Assembly (NCBI RefSeq): GCF_006345805.1
Contig: NW_021836621.1
Location: 1-23,345 of the forward strand
DNA: 23,345 bases
From: Octopus sinensis
Lineage: Eukaryota
Reading direction: 5' to 3'
The notes beneath the pieces are model-generated. The model did no database searches, was not told where the DNA came from, and worked only from the letters and a program-made list of their open reading frames with translations. The position numbers and the translations under genes were made by a program. Below, one piece after another: positions 1 to 7,459 of the stretch; the first letter of the stretch is position 1, and the number at the start of each line of letters is the position of its first letter.

Positions 1-30
1 TAAAATTTTAATAAATAGTCAAAAAAACCG

Positions 31-73
31 CCACTACAATCGTTTCTTGTCTTGATCGACAATCTTCAGGTGG
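31..73 (-). ncRNA. Minimal type-I hammerhead ribozyme (PLE type)
   Basis: Minus strand reads CCAC-CUGAAGA-UUGUC-gaucaa-GACAA-GAAA-C-gauu-G-UA-GUGG: stem I CCAC/GUGG, core CUGANGA and GAAA, 5-bp stem II, 2-bp stem III with near-palindromic loop, GUA cleavage triplet (cut between 35 and 34). Confidence 0.82.
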
Positions 74-133
74 ACTTCCAATAATTCAGTGTCAAATTGA
101 CACTGAATTATTGGAAGTCCACCTGAAGATTGT
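59..133. repeat. Perfect 37-bp inverted repeat with 1-nt spacer
   Basis: 59-95 ACAATCTTCAGGTGGACTTCCAATAATTCAGTGTCAA is the exact reverse complement of 97-133. Confidence 0.97.
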
Positions 134-3100
134 GACACTTTCTCGAAACACCAACACACTCACATTCTCATCTAACTTAATTAGTTTACTGTTCCGGTCC
201 CTAATGTCACTATAATCATAATGAACAGGTTCCTCGAATGCAGGAATGGAAAAAGGGACCATTGCTGTCCTATATGGAAGTCTCCTCACTGATATTTTAT
301 CAATTCCTGAATTATTAATCTCTGCTATGTAATTACCACATCTCACCTTTAATCTATCTTTACCAATTATTTCACCTGATTTACCTCTTCTTTTTCTTCC
401 CCCATCTCCATCTCCTTCTCTGTATTCCAATTTATTAATTAATTCATTACTGAATATTTCCTTGTTCGTTTCAGATGTAATGGAAGGGAAACGAAGACCA
501 GAATCAAGATTTGATAACAACACAGATTCCAGAATGTTCACTTGGTCCCCATCAATCTTTATGCAATGACATTCAATCAATTCATTATGTACACACCAGT
601 AAATACCCGCCACTTTTCTCCATATTATACCATAAGGGATGAGACTCGACCAAACTTGAGATGCCTGCAAATCTTCTCCATTCAGTTGAAATATTTCTTT
701 CCTTTTAGGAACCGTGGCCATTATGCGTGATTCTTGTGTAAAACACACACCACCAACTAAACTTCCAGCATCTCTATGACATAGCAACTCCCCATCTCTA
801 TCAAATATTTTAAAATTTCCATTATTGGCTTTTTCACACACAACTGTCTTTCCTTCCTCAGAGACATCAAAATCTTTCACTTGAACAGGACATTCGTCTG
901 TTTGTAAACGAGCAACCGGGAAGCTGTCTCGATTCACCATAAACAACCCTTCAACATACAATTCATTCTTTCTCCATCCCGCTGTGGGGCTTCCAACAAA
1001 CCTTGGTCCTTTACATTCTATATTGCAGAATTCTACTTTATCTTTATAAATTCTTTGATTTAAAAATATTCTCTTGTATTCCCCTTTTTGGGTCCAACAC
1101 AAAATGTTTTTATATCTAAACAGACCCAAATATTTCTTCCACTCACCATAAATGTACAAAAAACTGTCATCAGTTGTCATCTTGCTTGCAACAAAATAAT
1201 CAAAATCGATGTAGTGTCTGATTGGATGTAAATATTGACCATCACTGTTGAAGAAAATTATGAATCTTTCATTTAAGACAATGATGACATCTTCAGCAGT
1301 AACCTTAATATCATGGATGACATCAAAATAATTTCCATCTTCTGTTCTCTCTATTAATGGTTCAGGTATGTCTATTTGTTTTATTTCCTTCGCACTCGAA
1401 TGTATTTCATCAATATCAACAAAATACAAATGACATGCATCTCCCAAATTACTACAAACCAGTTGATTATTTGATAAAGAAGCCACACAATGATATTTTC
1501 TTCTTGTTTGGTAAATTACCAACGACAATGGAAATTCCACTTTTAATGTCAACAGTTCGGATTCAGCATAAAAACAATCCAAATTTATAATGACCAGTGT
1601 GTTTGACTGCCATCGACACATTTTATTACATGTATAAAAATTCACTTTGATTGAATCCAAAAGGTGACCATCAAATGTGAATATCTTGATGTTTCCATTC
1701 TCCCAGTCAAATCCTGCAATCAAGTTATTTTCAGTAATTAACAAATGATTAATTACCACTGGTTCTTTGTCTCCCAAATGTTTAGGGAGACGAATATGTC
1801 TGGCTTTATCAGAAACTGTCAGGTCCTGTAGATATAAAGTGGAAGACAACATTTCACTGAGAGAAATGTTTCTGGGAAATACATCCACCAGGTCGATGTA
1901 ATAATTAAGTTGATTATTAGTAACGAGATCATTGACCAACAAATTCTGATCGTTTATGGCAAACATACGGCTTCTGTCTATCAGATAAACAGATGTTTGG
2001 TCAATAGATCCACCTTGGAGACTGAGGGGACGTTTCACTTGGGACATTAAAACACTGGGGACCATCTGACGACCGACATGACCACCACCACCTATTCTAG
2101 TGTTGTACTGGAAAGCTTTTTCCTTAGTAACAATTAATAGCTTTTCTGTTTTTGTGTCTATTGATAATGATTTCACAAACACAGGGATATTAATTGTCTT
2201 AATTACTTCAACTTGATTATAATAATTGATGGCTAAAATATCTAAATGTGATGGTTTATCACAATAACAAACAATTTCACCTTCACCCATCTTACACACC
2301 TGTACATAAGGCTGCCTTAATGATACACTTCTCACTGTCTTTGATAGGTTTCCGATGACCCTTAATTGTTTCTGTAGGGGTAATGTGACCCCTATATGAT
2401 TTGAATCCCATCGATATATATCTGTGGCTGTAGACGGCAGAGATAATCTGGACACAATGTCTCCTTCTTCAGAAATGTACAACAAGTAATCATGCTTGAT
2501 GTCAGACACCACCAACTGTCCATTGGACAGATTACATATTTCGCCAATGACAAGTTTTTGGTCTTTCTCCTTTTCTTTGAGTCGTAGATTTAGATTTCTG
2601 ATGTAAGGATTTTTTGTGTGTAAACGACAGCCAGACAACCGGCCTTGATACTTGTAAAGAAGAACCCTGTTGAGTTGAGCGTCCGGGACATAAAGAGTTC
2701 CTTGGAAAACAGCAATGTGAGGGTGAACAGGGAAAGGCAGTTCCCACTGCCATTTCATTTCTCCATATTGATCGTAACATCTGAGAATAGAGTGTCTCTT
2801 GAAGAGGACATAGAAATAAACATTATCAGAGTAGATGTGATGAGGGTAGCCATAGAATGGAAGGTATTTTTGAAAAAGTTCTTCACCACATGTGGAATAA
2901 AATACCATTTTATTTTCGTTTCCATCTACGACTACAAAATTAATTGGAGTTGCAGCAATGCTGACATTATAATGTCCCAGAGAAATTCTTTCTGCAATGT
3001 CAACTTTATCTTTGTTGATCAATAGGATATGGATCTCGCTTTTGTTTTCAGTGGTGGTCACAGCCAGACACTTATTTGATACAATATGACATATTTTCAT

Positions 3101-4324
3101 GTAATCAGTATGGACTTTCATTAAAGGGCCTTTTCTTAGTTCAGGACAGGTGATATACTGAAATCCTTTCATTTCACAATAAAATACCAGGAATCTGTTT
3201 GCGTTTATTCTACAACAGAAAGAAGGAAGCTCAAAGAAAACTGAATTATTTTGGTTAATTATTTCCCCGTTATCAGTGAATAATTTAGCTTTCTTGTTTT
3301 TGTAAATTATTAATATAGAAGATGTAGACATAGGTAGAATATTAGTAATGTTGTAGCAATCCTCAATATCAATATAGTCTTTTAAACTGGGGGTATGTAG
3401 CTGGTGGTTGTATGACAGTTTGGGCCAAAAGTCTTTATTCATTTGAATACCATGTGGTTTGCCGCAATAATCTGTTACCAAAATGGTATCTTTACCAACA
3501 GAAATAGAGCGGCATTTCCTGCCAATGTCCCTCCTTGTTACACCACCTTTAGCTGAAATCCTATAAATTATTTGTCCCTGGAGGACATAGAAATAATTTT
3601 GGTACAGAGAGATTTTACTTGGGAGGTGCAGAGAATGGGTCTCTACCTCCCATAACTGTTGACCATCCAGTTTGTAACAGATTACTCTGTTGATGCTGGC
3701 GAATGTAATTACAAGTATATTCTGGACCCCTACAGCAATATCTGTAGGTGTTTCTTTGGTAATAAATTGATAGTTTATGGTATTATCCTCCCAATCAAAT
3801 TGGTAAACTGTTTCACCAAACATTTCTACACCTATAAGTGTAGAATCTTCCAAGTAACTCACCATATATAACCCCAACTTTATCCTTTTGATCTTAAAGG
3901 TTTTGGTGCTGATAATAAGAATCATTTCTTGGAAGGGGAGGGTTGCCAGAACCATGTCTTCACTGATTCTGGTGAAACTGGTCACAGAAGATGGACAATG
4001 GACATCAATTCTGTCACTGTCTCTTGTTACTAAACTTATTATCTTGCAATGGTGGGAATATGTCATCACTCCCTCCTCTATGATGACAATATTTGATATT
4101 ATTGGGATTTCTTCAAATTCTTCTCCAGATTCCTCAATGTTTGCTTCTCTGGTCACAACTGGCTGAAGAGGCCGAAATTTTGTGGTTACTTTTGGTGGTT
4201 CAATGGTCTTGTGGTTGTATGGGTTACAGGTGACATAAATGTCAAAGAGTCTTTGTTGAAACCAATCAAAGTTTTGGTGAACAAAATCATTATTTTGTCT
4301 TGCAATTTCCAGAAATCTTGGCAT
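92..4324 (-). CDS. Copy A: multi-NHL-like beta-propeller protein (1410 aa ORF), 3'-truncated and preceded by an in-frame nonsense codon; possibly a pseudogene
   Basis: 4.2 kb stop-free ORF in AT-rich DNA. Repeated NHL-like blades, e.g. IGEICNLSNGQLVVSDIKHDYLLYISEEG, HIAVFQGTLYVPDAQLNRVLLY, VKDFDVSEEGKTVVCEKANNGNFKIFDRDGELL. A paralog lies at 13495-16818. Confidence 0.85.
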   Translation of the reverse strand: MPRFLEIARQNNDFVHQNFDWFQQRLFDIYVTCNPYNHKTIEPPKVTTKFRPLQPVVTREANIEESGEEFEEIPIISNIVIIEEGVMTYSHHCKIISLVTRDSDRIDVHCPSSVTSFTRISEDMVLATLPFQEMILIISTKTFKIKRIKLGLYMVSYLEDSTLIGVEMFGETVYQFDWEDNTINYQFITKETPTDIAVGVQNILVITFASINRVICYKLDGQQLWEVETHSLHLPSKISLYQNYFYVLQGQIIYRISAKGGVTRRDIGRKCRSISVGKDTILVTDYCGKPHGIQMNKDFWPKLSYNHQLHTPSLKDYIDIEDCYNITNILPMSTSSILIIYKNKKAKLFTDNGEIINQNNSVFFELPSFCCRINANRFLVFYCEMKGFQYITCPELRKGPLMKVHTDYMKICHIVSNKCLAVTTTENKSEIHILLINKDKVDIAERISLGHYNVSIAATPINFVVVDGNENKMVFYSTCGEELFQKYLPFYGYPHHIYSDNVYFYVLFKRHSILRCYDQYGEMKWQWELPFPVHPHIAVFQGTLYVPDAQLNRVLLYKYQGRLSGCRLHTKNPYIRNLNLRLKEKEKDQKLVIGEICNLSNGQLVVSDIKHDYLLYISEEGDIVSRLSLPSTATDIYRWDSNHIGVTLPLQKQLRVIGNLSKTVRSVSLRQPYVQVCKMGEGEIVCYCDKPSHLDILAINYYNQVEVIKTINIPVFVKSLSIDTKTEKLLIVTKEKAFQYNTRIGGGGHVGRQMVPSVLMSQVKRPLSLQGGSIDQTSVYLIDRSRMFAINDQNLLVNDLVTNNQLNYYIDLVDVFPRNISLSEMLSSTLYLQDLTVSDKARHIRLPKHLGDKEPVVINHLLITENNLIAGFDWENGNIKIFTFDGHLLDSIKVNFYTCNKMCRWQSNTLVIINLDCFYAESELLTLKVEFPLSLVIYQTRRKYHCVASLSNNQLVCSNLGDACHLYFVDIDEIHSSAKEIKQIDIPEPLIERTEDGNYFDVIHDIKVTAEDVIIVLNERFIIFFNSDGQYLHPIRHYIDFDYFVASKMTTDDSFLYIYGEWKKYLGLFRYKNILCWTQKGEYKRIFLNQRIYKDKVEFCNIECKGPRFVGSPTAGWRKNELYVEGLFMVNRDSFPVARLQTDECPVQVKDFDVSEEGKTVVCEKANNGNFKIFDRDGELLCHRDAGSLVGGVCFTQESRIMATVPKRKEIFQLNGEDLQASQVWSSLIPYGIIWRKVAGIYWCVHNELIECHCIKIDGDQVNILESVLLSNLDSGLRFPSITSETNKEIFSNELINKLEYREGDGDGGRKRRGKSGEIIGKDRLKVRCGNYIAEINNSGIDKISVRRLPYRTAMVPFSIPAFEEPVHYDYSDIRDRNSKLIKLDENVSVLVFRESVTIFRWTSNNSVSI

Positions 4325-4348
4325 TTTACGTTTGATATTACGTAAAAT

Positions 4349-4663
4349 TCAAGATCCATTTAAACCCAGAGAGTGCATGTGATTACATTTATCCTTTACA
4401 TAATCTATAAATGTATTGATGTGGTCTGTTTTGATTAGTGTTCGGTAACATGTCACAATATGAAGGAAACTTGGTAACATGGACTTTTCCTGTTCTTTAG
4501 ATTTCTTTGTGTCTTTTCTTTCCTGTTCTTCTGTTTTCTTTGTGTTTTGTGTATGTAATATTTGGGGAAGAATTGGTGTAGTTTCCTTATAAATTGCTGT
4601 TGTATCACAGACTGTGGCAGGATTGAGAGCCAACATTTTGTTTTCTTCATTAATCTTCTCCAT
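4349..4663 (-). pseudogene. N-terminal part of copy A, in frame with the 1410-aa ORF but separated by one TGA
   Basis: Reads ...LGLNGS*ILRNIKRK-MPRFLE in a single frame. ATG context is cataaaATGG with in-frame stops upstream. Copy B has the homologous segment with CGA at this codon. Confidence 0.78.
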
Positions 4664-4776
4664 TTTATGAATATAGAATTATTATCTTTTTCTGTTGAAT
4701 ATATTCTTTTCTGTGGATTTTGTTTTCTTCCTTTTGTATGTATGTATAACAACAATATTAGTAATAATAATAATAA

Positions 4777-5575
4777 ATCTAATCGAAAAAGCTCATCGAT
4801 TCTGTACCAACACGCCTAACAGGAACACGGGGGATCAATCAATAACATAGAGATTAAGATATTGTCCACACATAGAACAGATGCAACAATTAGACAAATT
4901 ACAGAAGCTACACATATAATAGAAAATAAACCTAGCCTGAATAGAAAACTAGAATGGAGCAATAGCGCACACCACAACATATGACAATAGTGGATCCCGA
5001 AAACATAATAAATACACAGATAAATAAACAAATAGAAATGAATAACTATATATATATATATCTATGTATATATGTATGTATATGTATATATATATATATT
5101 TTTTTTTTCGATTAGATTTTTTTTTTTTCGATTAGATTTATTATTATTATTACTAATATTGTTGTTATACATACATACAAGCATATGTAATGATAATAAT
5201 GGGTGGATGTAAACACATGAACAAAATTAGAACAAAAGCAACAACAACAAAAACAAAATGCAAATTACAAGAATGTATATAACCAGAAGATACAAATATT
5301 ACAGGCATCCCCCCCACACACACACTAAATAAACATAGACGCACATAGAGATATAAGCATGCGCAAATGAAGACATACAATAGAAATACAAAATGGCTGA
5401 CGTTAGTAAGGAGAGACACAAGTAAGTGAGAAGAAAACAAAGGACCACTGATGCGGTCACAGGAGTGTGACGAAAGAACTTTGGCCGAAATAAGATTAAG
5501 ATTAATGTAAAAAATAAATATCACTGAAGCAAAATAACACCAAATACATAGTGCGTGTGTTTTTATTGGCTAAAC
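4777..5575 (+). mobile_element. Penelope-like element remnant: GIY-YIG endonuclease C-terminus plus pLTR-like tail
   Basis: The frame through 4788-4984 reads KSSSILYQHA*QEHGGSINNIEIKILSTHRTDATIRQITEATHIIENKPSLNRKLEW. This fits the PLE GIY-YIG end pattern (H..+.H...+KIL...R.+.EA..I....P.LN...E). A hammerhead-like motif (5442-5486) and AATAAA follow. The 3' boundary is approximate. Confidence 0.75.
5442..5486 (+). ncRNA. Variant or degenerate hammerhead-like motif
   Basis: GG(A)CCA-CUGAUGCG-GUCAC-aggagu-GUGAC-GAAA-GAACUU-UGGCC. Stems I and II are present, but the core reads CUGAUGCG instead of CUGAUGA. It lies downstream of the PLE endonuclease remnant. Confidence 0.5.
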
Positions 5576-5600
5576 TGGCAAAATGACCATTCCGAAATAT

Positions 5601-5603
<3 letters not shown>

Positions 5604-5640
<37 letters not shown>
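5604..5640. repeat. (TA)n microsatellite
   Basis: Direct reading. Many similar tracts occur, e.g. about 9350-9388, 9488-9528 and 11840-11935. Confidence 0.95.
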
Positions 5641-5645
<5 letters not shown>

Positions 5646-5684
5646 TACATATATACACAAACACACACTCATATATTCAGGATG

Positions 5685-5818
5685 GACTTCTTTCTGTTTC
5701 TGTCTACCAAAGCCACTCACAAAGCTTTGGTTATAGTAGATGACACTTGCTTAAGGTGCCACACGGTGGGACTGAACCTGGAACCATGTAGTTGGGAAGC
5801 AAGCCTCTTATCACAAAG
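5685..5818 (-). mobile_element. tRNA-derived-type SINE, module 1
   Basis: Reverse complement has GGTTCAGTCCCAC...GGCACCTTAAGCAAGTGTC...GGTAGACAGAAAC, matching copies at 7301, 9167 and 10342. Confidence 0.8.
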
Positions 5819-5821
5819 ACA

Positions 5822-6161
5822 CTCCTGTTGTTATTTGGATTTGATTTTCACTTCCTCCCTCTTAAGATCTCAAAATCCATTTTGAAATAATTCCAGTTGT
5901 TTCCAACTGATAAAGCATTCATTTACATTTACTCAACAACTCAAGGGTTTTGTTTACACATTGGTCCCCAAAATGCAAGTATTCACATCCCCACCACCAC
6001 CGCCACCACAAAAAAAAACCCCACTCTCATCATCATCATCATCTTATTCATTAGTTTCAGCTGTCATTTATTAAAAATATAATGCTTTGTGTATTGTTTT
6101 TGTTTTCCTGTACACCACCTCATTCTTTCCTCTCTCTCTCACTTTCTCTCTCTTTTTCTCT

Positions 6162-6203
<42 letters not shown>

Positions 6204-6600
6204 AAATAATCCCTCTGAAATCATTTGATCCTTGTTGTTCTTTTGATTTCGTTTCCCCTCCCTCCCTCTCAACATCTAACAATCTGCTTTTGTGTCACAA
6301 TGGCTAAGCTGCCTTTAGACAAAAATAAATATAATTGAAACCTCTTTGCAAACTGATAACACATTCATTTACAGATTCAGGGTCATCTCAAGGGTTTTGT
6401 TTTTAAAACCCTTAGAAACTGGTTTTTCTAATGAATATGCATTGTTCAGCATAATTTTCACTTTCTTCAGTCTGGATGCAAATACTTACACCAACACCAC
6501 CACCACCACAACAACAACAGCATTATCATCTTCATCATCATCACCATCACAATCATTGTGTTATTTTGAATTTATTAAAAATAAATTTATTTATTCTATT
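5822..6600. repeat. Degenerate tandem duplication of a roughly 400-bp unit
   Basis: Same ordered motifs (TTGAAA..AACTGATAA..CATTCATTTACA..CTCAAGGGTTTTGTTT..ATGCAA..(CAC)n..(CAT)n..ATTTATTAAAAATA) at about 5880-6080 and 6335-6590. Confidence 0.7.
6128..6200. repeat. (CT)n microsatellite
   Basis: Direct reading. Confidence 0.95.
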
Positions 6601-6944
6601 TTTTTCCGTTCACTGATTAAAAAGGTGACACAGCACCTTTGGGTGTTTTCTTTTTTCCTATCAGAATACAATCTTGGATGTTTTCATATATTCATAAGTT
6701 CGATTAGAGGTGGATTTCGCCTTAGTTAAGGGATGGCACCATTCAAGAAGTTACTGGTTAAATACCTAATATGTTTAGGGAAAATGATAGGTTTACATAT
6801 AAACCATGGTTTATAATCATTCAAATGAAGACAAGAGAATGGAGATGTACCCTTTAATACAATTTATTATAAGCAAAATCTAATACATACACACACACAC
6901 ATACATACATACACACACACACACATGCAAACACACAAACACAC

Positions 6945-7130
6945 ACGATGATGGAGCTCTGAACTCTAAACGGTGTTTTCATTCTTTCTTGATGTATTTT
7001 GTCTTATTCCTTTCCGTTGAAGAGCGTAGGCTCGAAACATGAAGCACTTTTACTAGTTTTCCGAGTATCAAACTAATACACTTGCTTGTTGATCATACAC
7101 CCGGTTTTGTCTTTTGTTTTTCTATAAAAA
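6945..7130 (+). mobile_element. Short repeat with a hammerhead-like TTGAAGAGCGTAGGCTCGAAAC motif; possible PLE pLTR relic
   Basis: A GAGC/GCTC hairpin is flanked by (U)UGAAGA and GAAAC at 7017-7038. Stems I and III are not convincing. Confidence 0.35.
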
Positions 7131-7300
7131 TATATATATTTATATATGTAGACATATATATATAATATATATATATATATATAGATACATAGATAGATAG
7201 ACAGATTGATATATATATATGTAGATAGACACAGATAGATAGATATATGTATGTATATCTATATAGACTGATGTTTGCTTATATATACATATAGACACTA

Positions 7301-7450
7301 GTGTAGCTGTGTGATAAGAAGCCTGCGTCCCAACTACATGGTCCCAGGTTCAGTCCCACTGAGAGGCGCTTTGGGCAAGTGTCTTATTTTGTAGCCTTAG
7401 TCCAACCAGATCCCTGTGAGTGGATATGGTAGACGGAAACTGAAAGAAAC
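7301..7450 (+). mobile_element. tRNA-derived-type SINE, module 1
   Basis: GTGATAAGAAGCCTGCGTCCCAACTACATGGTCCCAGGTTCAGTCCCACTG...GGTAGACGGAAACTGAAAGAA, with a B-box-like GGTTCAGTCC. Confidence 0.82.
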
Positions 7451-7459
7451 TTGTATATA

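Larger units (their letters stand above)
1..133 (-). mobile_element. Penelope-like retroelement terminal (pLTR) fragment with inverted 5' segment, inserted into gene copy A
   Basis: Homology to copy B stops at about 131 (TGTGACACTTTC = B about 13618). Beyond it lie a 37-bp inverted duplication, a minimal hammerhead and an ATTAAA (minus strand, 12-7). Minimal hammerheads and inverted termini are established PLE hallmarks. No RT sequence is visible in the window. Confidence 0.65.

Noticed and set aside
59-133. Bacterial terminator or CRISPR repeat reading of the palindrome
   Set aside because: The context is eukaryotic, and there is no repeat-spacer array anywhere in the window.
119-155. Plus-strand CCACCTGAAGATTGTG...CGAAAC as a second hammerhead
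   Set aside because: Only the duplicated half is present. Stems II and III do not form with the adjoining gene sequence.
542-4166. Plus-strand ORFs inside copy A (542-730, 1357-1590, 2645-3025, 3659-3871, 3888-4166) and their twins in copy B
   Set aside because: Antisense shadows of the real CDS. They recur only because the gene is duplicated.
4349-4351. Selenocysteine codon
   Set aside because: The paralog has Arg (CGA), not Cys, and no SECIS is recognisable downstream.
92-4663. Calling the gene a TRIM (TRIM2/3/71-like)
   Set aside because: No RING or B-box Cys/His spacing and no filamin domain is seen; only NHL-like blades are shared. No gene symbol assigned.
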